From assembly GCF_009914755.1 (NCBI RefSeq), contig NC_060947.1: 64,000 bases of DNA. The stretch is one strand, 5' to 3'. The notes under the pieces are model-generated. The model was not told the DNA's origin. It saw only the letters and a program-made list of their open reading frames with translations, and searched no databases. Positions 29,648-42,529 of this stretch are shown here, piece after piece (position 1 is the first letter of the stretch; every line of letters starts with the position of its first letter). The translations under genes and the position numbers were made by a program. The stretch comes from the human T2T-CHM13v2.0 reference genome, Homo sapiens.

Positions 29648-32600
29648 CTTTGTGGATTTATCTACCTTTGATCTTTGATGTTGATGACCTTCGAATGGGA
29701 CTTTTTGTGTGGGCGTCCTTTTTGTTGATGTTGATGTTATTGCTTTTGTTTGTTAGTTTTTCTTCTTACAGTTAGGCCCCTCTTCTGCAGGTCTGCTGGA
29801 GTTTCGGGGAAGTCCATGCCAGGTCCTGTTTGCCTGGGTATCACCAGTGGAGGCTGCAGAACAGCAAAGATTGCTGCCTGCTCCTTCCTCTGGAAGTTTC
29901 ACCCCAGAGGGGCACCCGCCTGATGCTAGCCACTGTTCTCTCGTATGTGGTGTCTGTTGACCCCTGCTGGGAGGTGTCTCCCAGTCAGGAGGCACGGGGT
30001 TCAGGGACCCACTTGAGGAGGCAGTCTGTCTCTTAGCAGAGCTCGAGCACTGTACTGGGAGATCTACTGCTCTCTTAGAGCTGGCAGGCAGGAACGTTTA
30101 AGTTTGCTGAACCTGCACCCAAAGCCGCCCCTTCCCCCAGGTGCTCTTTCCCAGGGAGATGGTAGTTTTATCTATAAGCCCCTGACTGGGGCTACTGCCT
30201 TTCTTTCAGAGATGCCCTGCCTAGTGAGGAGGAATCTAGAGAGGCAGTCTGTCCACAGCTGCTTTGCTGCACTGTGGTGCGTTCCACCCAGTCCGAACTT
30301 CCCAGCCTTCTTAGCACTGTCAGGGGAAAACCACCTACTCAAGCCTCAGTAATGGTGGATGCCCCTCCCCCTACCAAGCTTCATTGTCTCAGGTGGACTT
30401 CAGACTGCTGCGCTGGCAGCAGGAATTTCAAGCCAGTGGTTCTTAGCTTGCTGGGCTCCATGGGAGTGGCACCCACTGAGTGAGACCACTTGGCTCTCTG
30501 GCTTCAGCCCCCTTTCCAGGGGAGTAAACAGTTCTCTCTTTTCTCTCTTGCTGGGTTTCCAGGTATCACTGGGGTATGAAAACAAAAACAAAAACAAAAA
30601 CAAACTACTGCAGCTAGCTCAGTGTCTGGCCAAACAGCCACCCAGATTTGTGCTTGAAACCCACGGCCCTGGTGGTGTAAGCACACGAGGGAATCTCCTG
30701 GCCTGTGGATTGCAAAAACCATGGGAAAAGCATAGTATGTCAGCCGGGTAGCACAGTCCCTCACGGCTTCCCTTGGCTGGGGGAGGTAGGGTCCCAGCTC
30801 CTTGTACTTCCCAGGTGAGGCAACTCCCCATCCTGCTTCTGCTCACCCTTGCTGGGCTGTACCCTCTACCTAACCAGTCCCAATGAGATGAACTGGGGAC
30901 CTCAGTTGGAAATGCAGAAATCACCCATCTTCTGCATTGGTCTCACTGGGAGCTGCAGACTGGAGCTGTTCCTATTTGGCCAACTTGCCAGATGTCCTAA
31001 AAGGAACACTTCCTTGAATTTTTTTAAGTATCTGATATTATTGGCCAACTCCTCTTGTATCTTGGCTTCTATGACATTGTGCTGTCCTAGTTTTCTTCTT
31101 ACCTTTCTGACCACTGTTCCCTGCCTCCTTTTCCTAGTTGCTCTTTGTCTTTTCCTTTCTCTGCACTAAAAGCAAGTATTCACAGGGATTCTATCCCTGA
31201 CTCCCTTTCCTCTCTATCTACATGCTCTTCCTTGTTGGTCTCACATACTTTTATGTATTACTCACTCCATTCTCCTCAAATTTTCGCCCCCTCCAAAGCA
31301 TCAATTGCAGAATGCCATGTTTTTTCAGCACCTCAGACTCTTAATATTTGAAACATGGCTAAACAACTTCCACTAACTCTTCCTTCTTATTTCTTTCTAG
31401 GAAAAGCACCTCTGTTTATTAAGGAACCAAGACTTGAAACCTCAGACTCATTGTTTTTTCTTCACTCTCTCTGAGCCACACATCCACGCCAACACCAAGT
31501 TCTCCTGGAACTTTTTACCCAATTATTCCTGCATTTCTCCAACTCTAATGGCAACTACTTTGGTTCAGGCTCACCACCTCTTTCTTATTATAGTGTATCT
31601 ATCTCTTAATTAGCCTTTCTGCCACCATTTCTAGTCTACCAATTCAAATCACTAGGATTTGAAGTTCTCTCTATTTGGATGTGAAGGTATGACCTATCTT
31701 GGCTACATAATTGCTACTGCTGAAAGCACGTGAGGATGATTCAGAGGTGATCCAACCATTAGATAAAGAATTTGAGTAGAAATCTGTAAGATCCCTTCCA
31801 TTAGCTAACAGGGCAGGTAAGAGGTACAGCTCTAGAAATTAGATCAAGATGAGCATCTAGACTGCTTGGAGTGGGCATCATCTCATGTTTATTGAAGTCC
31901 ATTCCATGGTATTCATTTCTGCTTAGGCTAGTCTCTCTCACAATTTATTTTCCTGGGTGAGGGTCTTGGCAGTTCAGACTAAACCTTTAGGATTTCCATC
32001 CTCACAGCCTACTGGGTGAAGCCCAAAGGAGCATTACCCGCAGAATCTATATTAGAGGCCAAGCTTATGCATGACATCTGAGCCCCAGAGTGTGATGTTT
32101 TAGCTAAGAGTGTATGAAACTGGTAAGATACTACCTCAGTTATCTGACGATGTCATTGTAGGGAATCTCTTGGCTACTACAGCTATCCATTTCTATGTCC
32201 TTCATGACTAGCTGATAATGTTTTGGCCCAGAGTTCTGATGAGGCCTTCCTCTGTTCCACACAATTCCACAGCATTTCAGAAAAATAGCAACAGCACAGT
32301 TTTCACAAAAAGCACAACTTTGTGGTGACATTTCTTCCTGTGAAGCAGAGTTGGTCTTTTGATTTGATGCCAAATGCAGTGGCAGCATAGCGTGTGGCTT
32401 GAAAGTAAGAAGCAAATGAAAAAAAAATAAATTCATACTCTAACCAATAATGCTCACTTTGGTGCAGTCTGTGCCATCATTTCTGAAAGGAGTCAGCTCT
32501 CCAGGTGACCCCTCCAAAGTGAGGAATGCATTACCACATTTAGACTTAATATGCTTTAAAAACCTGACACACTTTGCTCCCACAGAATTTACATTTTCTT

Positions 32601-34119
32601 TTTCATTCACTTAAAATATCCTTAGCTCCCTAACAAGGAAAAGGCACTGAAGTTAAACAGCAAGCACTCTGCTTCTGATTTATCCTCTCAAACCCGTTTT
32701 CCTGACCTTATCAGAACCATTCACTTTATTCTCATGGACAGCTAAATTCTTCAAATGTGGCATTATATTTTCTCAGAAAATGCTCTCTATCTCATTGTCA
32801 CAGCTCTTCCTGCCACCATCATTATCTGTCATATGTCACCTTCACCTGAACTGTGCAATTCACTGTGCACCAGTTTCCCAGGGTATGTGGCCACAATCAT
32901 TATTTGGAGCCATTAATTGTTCAATGAATGCACTTTTAACCATAATTCTTCAGCATGAATTATTCCAATATTATGTATGTTTCTGTGGGATGTGTACACA
33001 TTCACACAAACACACATACACTTGAAACCACATATAATATTGAGATCTTCCTGGTTTATAAATGGGGAATCATTAACATGATAGGTCACTATGCAATTTG
33101 ACTTAGGTTATATTTGTGTAAGTACACACGTCCTATTTTTAGAAGGCCGCCTTGCGATTCAAGTCTGTGCTGTATAAGTATATTAAAAAACAGTTCACAT
33201 TCAATCTTTCTTTGTACTATGTTGTGGTAAACTTGGAAACATATGATTATTTGATTTTTCAGACTGTCTTTTCCACTAAACTATACATTAAAACAATTTT
33301 AATATTAGAAACAGATTCTTTACAGTCTTATAACTTCATTTCAGAATGTGGGGTCTAAAAGATCCCATCTTATTTTAAATAAATATTGAAATATCAGATT
33401 GATCATAGGGTGAAGATGGATAATAGCAGTTAATACTAAATGGTATCATGATTCATTCAGGATAAAACTATCTTATAAAAATTATTTCTTGACACGAATC
33501 AAATTGAAAAGGCAGATGCTTTAAGCAGGTGAAATATTAATTGACCTGGGTTTATCCATGTTTTGTAAACACAAATTTGGAGATGTATAACTTCCTACAC
33601 ATTCAACTTTATATAAATACCCTCAGATACGGATAACAAAAATCATCTATATATGGTAACTTGGGGAAAATAAATATACAAGGTAATATCAGATGCTAAG
33701 ATTGATGTCTGAGGAAATCTCATCATTTCCTTCCCTTAAACCCATTTAAAATACTTTGCCATATGTTCAGACAGTTGGCAGATTAACCTTGAAATTAACT
33801 GAATTGAGAAAATTGTGATAAACATAAGCACACCCATACTTTTAGGAAGGAATCTAACTACAAAAATGGCTGATGCTTTCATTAAATTGCCTGCATGGAT
33901 TGTATTTTTTTTAAATGCAACATTTGATTGGACCTGTGCTCCAGCAATCTGAAGTCAAGGGTGAGAGTGGGGGAATATTTTAGGCTCTACAATCTAATCA
34001 ATCATCTGCTAAGTAGTTGGAATGAGAAACAAAAATTGCATAATTCAAAAAAGCATAAAGGCCAGTTAAATTCTGTAAATTTTAGGATATAACCAATTCA
34101 AAAACATTTATTTTCTTCA

Positions 34120-34305
34120 AAAAATTTTATTTTATTGTAGTAAGAACACAACATGAAATCTGCCCTCTTAACAAATTTTTACACATACAATATATTATTG
34201 TTGACTATGGGTACAAGGTTGTACAGCAGATCTTTAGATCTTATTCATCTTGCTTAAATGAAACTTTATGCCCCTTGATTAACTCCCCCTTTTTTCACTC
34301 CCACT
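34120..34305 (-). mobile_element. L1MA/MB 3' end fragment
   Basis: gtaagaacacaacatgaaatctgccctcttaacaaattttt...gttgtacagcagatct...cttattcatcttgc. Confidence 0.75.
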
Positions 34306-34744
34306 TTTAATCCTAAAGAGAAAGGGGAATGCTGGGTCACTACTCAAAACCTGGTATGGCTTATTATTTGATTAAAAAAGTCTACAACCCTTGCATCTAG
34401 TTCGTCTTTGTGACCCTAGGATGAAGCATGGCACTTGACTCAGTATGGGTGTTTAATAAATGGCTGTTAATGAATAACTAGGTTAATGAAAATAAGATCC
34501 TTATATAATAACATAGTTTTCCAAAATATTCTCTTAATCATTTAGTTCAGTGGCATCTTACTCTAGTCATTTTTGTTGTTAACTTTGAAGGTTTATTCTC
34601 CTTTTAAAATTCATATTTTTTCTGCTATATAACTTACCTAATCATAAAAATAAACTTTCTTATGTTTCAGAAGCAGCCAACAATTCTGAAAAAAAATCTC
34701 CCAACTTATTGAAAGACTTTAGTCATATTAGGAGCGTGAATCTC

Positions 34745-35652
34745 AGTCAGTGGAGCCAGCAAAATCTGCCCCATCCTCACTGCGTGCCAGGTGGCCCATC
34801 CACCACTGTAACCATGGACACTATCAATAAGAAAATTCAGACGCTAAAGGTGGAGAAGGATAATGCCACCAACCCCGTCGAGGAAGTCAAAGCCAATGAG
34901 AAGCAAACTGAAGACTGCTACAAACAGCTGGGTGAGGAGCAGCAGGGCCTCCAGAAGAATCTGAAGGGGACAGGAGATGACACAGAAGAGTATTTAAATT
35001 CATGAATGATATCTTGGAGAAACTGGAACAGGAAGATAAGGATACTGTTGCTGAGGCAAATGTGGTCTCTATAAAACGCCTCATTGAGCAGATAGAAGAG
35101 GAGCTTGACTGGCACAGGTGCATCTGGCTGTAGCCCTGCAAAAGCTGGAAGATACTCAGTAGGTAGCCAATGAGAGGGACAGAAGGATGAAGTTCATCAA
35201 ATACCAGCCCATGAAGTATGAGGAGAAGATCTGGGGAGGAAAACTAGATCACTCAGGAGAGATAGCTCAGGTGACCAAGATCTGAGCCAGACAGCTGGAG
35301 GAGAAACTTCAAGCCATGGACTAGGCCATCAAGGCACTGAGGGCCTTAGAGAGGGAATATTCCATGAAAATGTGTAAATACGCAGAGGATATCAAATTGG
35401 TGGAGAAAAAGCTGAAGGGGGTTGAGACTCAAGCAGAATTTACAAAAAGGTCTACAGCAAAATTGGAGAAGGCCACCAATAAGCTAGAGAAGACCACGAA
35501 TAGTCCCAAGGAAAAGAATGTGGAGACTCACCAGACCTTGAACCAGACCCTACTCTAACTATGTAATCTGTTGAGGGCCGGCCCTGCCTTCAGCCAGGCT
35601 TTATAGTCGATGCCCCAGTGATATAAAACTGATGTTACTAGCAAAAAAAAAA
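34745..35652 (+). pseudogene. TPM2: Processed pseudogene of tropomyosin 2 (beta), non-skeletal isoform; symbol given is the parent gene
   Basis: ATG at 34814 gives MDTINKKIQTLKVEKDNA...EEQQGLQKNLKGT (TPM2: MDAIKKKMQMLKLDKENA...EEQQALQKKLKGT). C-terminus ...KEKNVETHQTLNQTLL. No introns, several stops and frameshifts, 3'UTR ...taaaactgatgttactagc then polyA 35643-35652. Confidence 0.93.
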
Positions 35653-35780
35653 TGAATGATTATTTTCTATTATTTTTACGTTTTACAACAGCAAATTTCA
35701 GTTTATGTAACTGAAACACTATGTGAAACTCAAGACAAAACAATTAAAAGCAGAGCTTGGATGTATGGGGAGGTAGGAAG

Positions 35781-38700
35781 CTAAGCTTCATAAGTGAAGG
35801 AGAAATAAAATCCTTTACAGACAAACAAATGCTAAGAGATTTTGTCACCACCAGGCCTGCCCTACAAGAGCTCCTGAAGGAAGCACTAAACATGGAAAGG
35901 AACAACTGGTACCAGCCACTGCAAAAACATGCCAAATTGTAAAGACTATCGATGCTAGGAAGAAACTGCATCAACTAACAAGCAAAATAATCAGCTAACA
36001 TCATAATGACAGGATTAAATTCACACATAACAATATTAACATTAACTGTAAATGGGCTAAATGCTCCAATTAAAAGACACAGACTGGAAAACTGGATAAA
36101 GAGTCAAGACCCATCAGTGTGCTGTATTCAGGAGACCCATCTCATGTGCAGAGACACACATAGGCTCAAAATAAAAGGATGGAGGAAGATCTACCAATGA
36201 AATAGAAAACAAAAAAAAGCAGGGGTTGCAATCCTAGTCTCTGATAAAACAGACTTTAAACCAACAAAGATCAAAAGAGACAAAGGCCATTACATAATGG
36301 TAAAGGAATCAATTCAACAAGAAGAGCTAACTATCCTAAATATATATGCACCCAATACAGGAGCACCCAGATTCATAAAGCAAGTCCTTAGAGACCTACA
36401 AAGAGACTTAGACTCCCACACAATGACAAAGGGAGACTTTAACACCCCACTGTCAACATTAGACAGATCAACGAGACAGAAAGTTAACAAGGATATCCAG
36501 GAATTGAACTCAGCTCTGCACCAAGCGGACCTAATAGACATCTACGGAACTCTCCACCCCAAATCAACAGAATATACATTCTTCTCCGCACCACATCGCA
36601 CTTATTCTAAAATTGACCACATAGTTGGAAGTAAAGCACTCCTCAGCAAATGTAAAAGAACAGAAATTATAACAAACTGTCTCTCAGACCACAGTGCAAT
36701 CAAACTAGAATTCAGGATTAAGAAACTCACTCAAAACCGCTCAACTGCAAGGAAAGTGAACAACCTGCTCCTGAATGACTACTGGGTACATAATAAAATG
36801 AAGGCAGAAATAAAGATGTTCTTTGAAACAAATGAGAACAAAGACACAACATACCAGAATCTCTGGGACACATTTAAAGCAGTGTGCAGAGGGAAATTTA
36901 GAGCACTAAATGCCCGCATAAGAAAGGAGGAAAGATCTAAAATTGACACCCTAACATCACAATGGAAAGAACTAGAGAAGCAAGAGCAAACATATTCGAA
37001 AGCTAGCAGAAGGCAAGAAATTACTAAGATCAGAGCAGAACTGAAGGAGATAGAGACACAAAAAACCCTTAAAAAAATCAATGAATCCAGGAGCTGGGTT
37101 TTGACAAGATCAACAAAATCACTAACAAGATCACTAGCAAGACTAATAAAGAAGAAAAGAGAGAAGAATCAAATAGATGCAATAAAAAATGATAAAGGGG
37201 ATATCACCACCAATGCCACAGAAATACAAACTACCATCAGAGAATGCTATAAACACCTCTATGCAAATAAACTAGAAAATCCAGAAGAAATGGATAAATT
37301 CCTGGACACATACACCATCCCAAGACTAAACCAGGAAGAAGTTGAATCCCTGAATAGAACAATAACAGTCTCTGAAATTGAGGCAATAATTAATAGCCTA
37401 CCAAACAAAAAAAGTCCAGGACCTGATGGATTCACAGCCGAATTCTACCAGAGTTACAAGGAGGAGCTGGTACCATTCCTTCTGACACTATTCCAATCAA
37501 TAGAAAAAGAGGGAATCCTCCCTAACTCATTTTATGAGGCCAGCATCATCCTGATACCAAAATCTGGCAGAGACACAACAAAAAAAGAGAATTTTAGACC
37601 AATATCCCTGATGAACATTGATGCAAAAATCTTCAATAAAATACTGGCAAACCGAATCCAGCAGTATATCAAAAAGCTTATCCATCACGATCAAGTTGGC
37701 TTCATCCCTGGGATGCAAGCCTGGTTCAACATATGCAAATCAATAAATGTAATCCATCACATAAACAGAACCAAAGACAAAAACCACATGATTATCTCAA
37801 TAGATGCAGAAAAGGCCTTCGACAAAATTCTACAGCCCTTCATGCTAAAAACTCTCAATAAATTAGGTATTGATAGAACATATCTCAAAATAATAAGAGC
37901 TACTTATGACAAACCCACAGCCAATATCATACTGAATGGGCAAAACCTGGAAGCATTCCCTTTGAAAACTGGCACAAGGCAGGGAGGCCTTCTCTCACCA
38001 CTCCTATTCAACATAGTGTTTGAAGTTCTGGCCAGGGCAATCAAGCATGAGAAAGAAATAAAGGGTGTTCAATTAAGAAAAGAGGAAGTCAAATTGTCCC
38101 CGTTTGCAGATGACATGATTGTGTATTTAGAAAACCCCATCTCAGCCCAAAATCTCCTTAAGCTGATAAGCAACTTCAGGAAAGTCTCAGGATACAAAAT
38201 CAAAGTGCAAAAATCACAAGTATTCTTATACACCAATAACAGACAAACAGAGAGCCAAATCATGAGTGAACTCCCATTCACAACTGCTTCAAAGAGAATA
38301 AAATACCTAGGAATCCAACTTACAAGGGATGTGAAGGACCTCTTCAAGGAGAACTACAAACCCCTGCTCAACGAAATAAAAGAGGACACAAACAAACGGA
38401 AGAACATCCCATGCTCATGGATAGGAAGAATCAATATTGTGAAAATGGCCATACTGCCCAAGGTAACTTATAGATTCAATGCCATCCCCATCAAGCTACC
38501 AATGACTTTCTTCACAGAATTAGAAAAAACTACTTTAAAGTTCATATGGAGACAAAAAAGAGCCTGCATTGCCAAGACAATCCTAAGCCAAAAGAACAAA
38601 GCTGGAGGCATCATGCTACCTGACTTCAAACTATACTACAAGGCTACAATAACCAAAACAGCATGGTACTGGTGCCAAAACAGAGATATAGACCAATGGA

Positions 38701-40057
38701 ACAAAACAGAGCCCTCAGAAATAATACCACACATCTATAAGCATCTGATCTTTGACAAACCTGAGAAAAACAAGCAATGGGGAAAGGATTCCCTATTTAA
38801 TAAATGGTGCTGGGAAAACTGGCTAGCCATATGTAGAAAGCTGAAACTGGATCCCTTCCTTACACCTTATACAAAAATTAATTCAAGATGGATTAAAGAC
38901 TTAAATGTTAGACCTAAAACCATAAAAACCCTAGAAGAAAACCTAGGCAATACCATTCAGGACATAGGGATGCGCAAAGACTTCATGACTAAAACACCAA
39001 AAGTAATGGCAACAAAAGACAAAATTGACAAATGGGATCTAATGAAACTAAAGAACTTCTGCACAGCTAAAGAAACTACCATCAGAGTGAACTGGCAACC
39101 TACAGAATGGGAGAAAATGTTTACAATCTACCCATCTGACAAAGGGCTAATATCCAGAATCTACAAAGAACTTAAACAAGTTTACAGGAAAAAATCAAAC
39201 AACCCCATCAACAAGTGGATGAAGGATATGAACAGACACTGCTCAGAAGAAGACACTTATGCAGCCAACAGACACATGAAAAAATGCTCATCATCACTGG
39301 CCATCAGAGAAATGCAAATCAAAACCACAATGAGATACCATCTCACACCAGTTAGAATGGCAATCATTAAAAAGTCAGGAAACAACAGGTGCTGGAGAGG
39401 ATGTGGAGAAATAGGAACAGTTTTACACTGTTGGTGGGACTGTAAACTAGTTCAACCATTGTGGAAGACAGTGTGGCGATTCCTTAAGGATCTAGAACTA
39501 GAAATACCATTTGACGCAGCCATCCCATTACTGGGTATATACTCAAAGGATTATAAATCATGCTGCTATAAAGACACATGCACACATATGTTTATTACAG
39601 CACTATTCACAATAGCAAAGACTTGGAACCAACCCAAATGTCCATCAATGATAGACTGGATTAAGAAAATGTGGCACATATACACCATGGAATACTATGC
39701 AGCCATAAAAAAGGATGAGTTCATGTCCTTTGTAGGGACATGGATGAAGCTGGAAACCATCATTCTCAGCAAACTATCCCAAGGACAAAAAACCAAACAC
39801 CACATGTTCTCACTTGTAGGTGGGAACTGAACAATGAGAACACTCGGACACAGGAAGGGGAACATCACAAACCGGGGCCTGTTGTGGGGTGGGGGGAGTG
39901 TGGAGGGATAGCATTAGGAGATATACCTAATGTAAATGACGAGTTAATGGGTGCAGCACACCAACATGGCGCACGTATCCATATGTAACAAACCTGCACA
40001 TTGTGCACATGTACCCTAGAATTTAAAGTATAATAATAATAAAAAAGAATAAAAAAA
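35781..40057 (+). mobile_element. 5'-truncated L1PA5-type LINE-1
   Basis: Starts in the ORF1 C-terminus (KLSFISEGEIK); 3'UTR gtaaatgacgagttaatggg...gtaccctaga; A-rich tail. No TSD found. Confidence 0.95.
36297..39830 (+). CDS. L1 ORF2 open for 1177 aa (lacks the first ~97 endonuclease residues)
   Basis: Continuous ORF with GDFN, SDH, FADD and the C-terminal Cys-rich region. The true start (36006) is cut off by TGA at 36198-36200. No evidence of expression. Confidence 0.6.
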   Translation: MVKESIQQEELTILNIYAPNTGAPRFIKQVLRDLQRDLDSHTMTKGDFNTPLSTLDRSTRQKVNKDIQELNSALHQADLIDIYGTLHPKSTEYTFFSAPHRTYSKIDHIVGSKALLSKCKRTEIITNCLSDHSAIKLEFRIKKLTQNRSTARKVNNLLLNDYWVHNKMKAEIKMFFETNENKDTTYQNLWDTFKAVCRGKFRALNARIRKEERSKIDTLTSQWKELEKQEQTYSKASRRQEITKIRAELKEIETQKTLKKINESRSWVLTRSTKSLTRSLARLIKKKREKNQIDAIKNDKGDITTNATEIQTTIRECYKHLYANKLENPEEMDKFLDTYTIPRLNQEEVESLNRTITVSEIEAIINSLPNKKSPGPDGFTAEFYQSYKEELVPFLLTLFQSIEKEGILPNSFYEASIILIPKSGRDTTKKENFRPISLMNIDAKIFNKILANRIQQYIKKLIHHDQVGFIPGMQAWFNICKSINVIHHINRTKDKNHMIISIDAEKAFDKILQPFMLKTLNKLGIDRTYLKIIRATYDKPTANIILNGQNLEAFPLKTGTRQGGLLSPLLFNIVFEVLARAIKHEKEIKGVQLRKEEVKLSPFADDMIVYLENPISAQNLLKLISNFRKVSGYKIKVQKSQVFLYTNNRQTESQIMSELPFTTASKRIKYLGIQLTRDVKDLFKENYKPLLNEIKEDTNKRKNIPCSWIGRINIVKMAILPKVTYRFNAIPIKLPMTFFTELEKTTLKFIWRQKRACIAKTILSQKNKAGGIMLPDFKLYYKATITKTAWYWCQNRDIDQWNKTEPSEIIPHIYKHLIFDKPEKNKQWGKDSLFNKWCWENWLAICRKLKLDPFLTPYTKINSRWIKDLNVRPKTIKTLEENLGNTIQDIGMRKDFMTKTPKVMATKDKIDKWDLMKLKNFCTAKETTIRVNWQPTEWEKMFTIYPSDKGLISRIYKELKQVYRKKSNNPINKWMKDMNRHCSEEDTYAANRHMKKCSSSLAIREMQIKTTMRYHLTPVRMAIIKKSGNNRCWRGCGEIGTVLHCWWDCKLVQPLWKTVWRFLKDLELEIPFDAAIPLLGIYSKDYKSCCYKDTCTHMFITALFTIAKTWNQPKCPSMIDWIKKMWHIYTMEYYAAIKKDEFMSFVGTWMKLETIILSKLSQGQKTKHHMFSLVGGN

Positions 40058-40384
40058 TAGTTTTCTGCCTCTGTAACAAGACTAGGGGCTCTTTTAAGAT
40101 AGACACTGTATAGTAATTAACTGTGTAGCTCTATGTCAAACTTCTACATCTCAAAATGGACATGACTATAACAGGACTCTAGATTTCCAGTCCCACCTGT
40201 ACCCTATCCTACTTTCCCTCCAGTATTTCCTATGTTAGTAAATGACACCACCATCCACCAGGTTGTTCAATCACAAAAACTAAACTTTACCCTTTATTTT
40301 TGTCGTTCCCTCATCCCCAATCCAATCCATCATTACATCTCATTAATTCTACCTATAAAATATATTACAAATCCAACCACTTTC

Positions 40385-40848
40385 TTTTTTTTTTTTACAG
40401 TTCAGTGGTTTTTAATGTGTTGACAAGGTTTGCAACCATCACCACAATCAATTTTAGAATGTTTTCAACACCCCAAAAAGAAACCCCATACCCATTAGCA
40501 ATCACTCTCCATCCCTCCTCCTCCCAGCCCCTGCAAGCACTAACCTACCATCTGTCTCTAGATTTGCCTATTCTAAAACATTTCACATAAGTGGAATCAT
40601 ACAACATGTGGTCTTTTGTGATTGGTTCCTTTCACTTAGCATAATGTTTTCAAAGTTTATCCATTTGCGGCATGCATAATATTTCAGTTTTTATCATAAT
40701 AGTAGTACAGACAGCCCACATTATCTTTACCCATTCATCAGGTGATGAACTTTGAGTCATTTCCACTTTTAAGCTATTATTAACAATGGTGCTATGAACA
40801 TTCATGTACAAGATTTTGTGTGGACATGTTTTCATTTCTCTTGGATAT
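40385..40848 (-). mobile_element. L1MB-type 3' end
   Basis: gcaaccatcaccacaatcaattttagaat...aaagaaaccccatacccattagc...ggaatcatacaacatgtggtctttt. Confidence 0.85.
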
Positions 40849-41157
40849 GAGGCACTTGTTTTGAATAGTCTTTGGTTTTTGGTTCATCATCTAGTTATCA
40901 TTTAAACTTTTTAAGTGGTTTACCTCCAAATTTTTCCACTTTTGATGGTATCTGTTAATGTCTCACTATGGAAAAAGGAGAATTTATGGCTCTTATACCA
41001 CTTCCTACCTCTCCATTCCTGATGATCTTGGTTATACCTTGATTTTAGACCAATGTGATAATACATTCCATATGTAGAAAAGTTGGGAAATATAGTTACA
41101 CATGTTTTTACATGAATAAGATTTGTAACATTTTCTTTTTAAAAATTTTTTGGATTT

Positions 41158-41702
41158 TAAAAAAATTTCTTCTAAAAAAAATGGGATACATGTGCAGAAC
41201 GTGCGGGTTTCCAGGTTTGTTACATAGGTATACGTGTGCCATGGTGTTTTGCTGTACCTATTGACCCGTCTTCTAAGTTCCCTCCCCTCACCCCCACCCT
41301 GTAACAGGCCCTGGCGTGTATTGTTCCCCTATCTGTGTCCATGTGTTCTCAGTGTTCATCTCCCACTTATGAGTGAGAACATGCAGTGTTTGGTTTTCTG
41401 TTCCTGTGTTAGTTTGCTGAGAATGATGGCTTCCAGCTTCAGCCACATCCCTGCAAAGGACATGATCACATTCCCTTTTATGGCTGCATAGTATTTCATG
41501 GTGTATATGTGCCACATTTTCTTAATCCAGTCTATCACTGATGGGCATTTAAATAGTGTTGCAATAAACATACATGTTCATGTGTCTTTATAGTAGAATG
41601 ATTTATATTCCTTTGAGTATATACCCAGTAATGGGATTGCTGGGTCAAATGGTATTTCTGGTTCTAGGTCTTTGAGGAATCACCATACTGTCTTCCACAA
41701 TG
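41158..41702 (-). mobile_element. 5'-truncated L1PA (PA8-10-type) 3' end
   Basis: Reverse complement of the L1 3'UTR and ORF2 C-terminus ([14 protein letters not shown]). Confidence 0.88.
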
Positions 41703-42529
41703 CTGATAACTTTTCATAATCTCCACTATCATTGCGGAGTCTAGCCAGAGCACCTCATACTCTGCTTATTACTGCACCAACAGCTTCCTAACTGAGCTCT
41801 CTGCTTTTGTTGTTGCTCTATGATTGTCCATTCCTTCATTCTAATTCTCCCTCTCTTTCTTCTCTCCCTCAAATTCTTTGGTCAAATAAACTTTACTAGG
41901 AAATCCAAGTTGAAACAACACCTGCCTCCTTGTTTTACTTTTCTGCTGCTTCTTGATCCACCCTCTAGGGCAATGATGTGCTACTGATACCCATTTAATG
42001 AAGCTTGGATAAACATACCATTTTAACAGTTGCTACAGTGAAATACCGTGCTCTGTTAAGTTTGCAGTCAATCTAGATACCTCCTCCAGATGTCAAAAGT
42101 AATGCAGTTGAAGCAACTTTTTCCTGACTTTCACCTATGCAATTCCACTTTTAAGACTCAGTGCAGAATTTTCTCCACTTGTTGAGTTTAGGTTGATCAT
42201 TCCAGACTGTTAAGATGGTTTTGAATTTTGAGTATTATCAGTCATGACTGTCATCTCTTATGAGTATTCTCATTGGTTTTGGTAAGTATGTTTTCTGGCT
42301 TCAGTGGAGTCACCAATGAGAATATATGAATGAATAAAGGAAGGACTAGGACATTTCTATCTTGGAATATAATTAGAATGGCAGTGGAGAAAATTTGTTC
42401 TTCTCTGCTTGTTACATATGCACATGTTCTGCTTGTTAAATATACTTTTCACATCCTGTATAAATTCAAAATCCCAAAACTATATTTTTCTTAATTTACA
42501 TTTTCTCCATCCATAAAGGAAAGGAAAGT

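Larger units (their letters stand above)
24476..30997 (-). mobile_element. Full-length L1PA8-type (L1PA7/8) LINE-1
   Basis: Reverse complement of the 5' end (ggacatctggcaagttggccaaataggaacagctcc), ORF1 from 29647, ORF2 from 28554, 3'UTR ctaggttttaagccccacatgcattagg. TSD approximately cttgaattttttt at ~24463-24475 and ~31013-31025, with a TTTT/AA endonuclease site. Confidence 0.95.

Noticed and set aside
32135-32436. 98-aa minus-strand ORF / possible exon (acceptor at 32337)
   Set aside because: Weak donor (GAG|gtagta), stops in all frames within the putative exon, and no recognisable protein.
35643-35790. TPM2 retrocopy and downstream L1 as one chimeric insertion
   Set aside because: They are separated by the retrocopy's own polyA and ~130 bp of unrelated DNA, and their divergence levels differ greatly.
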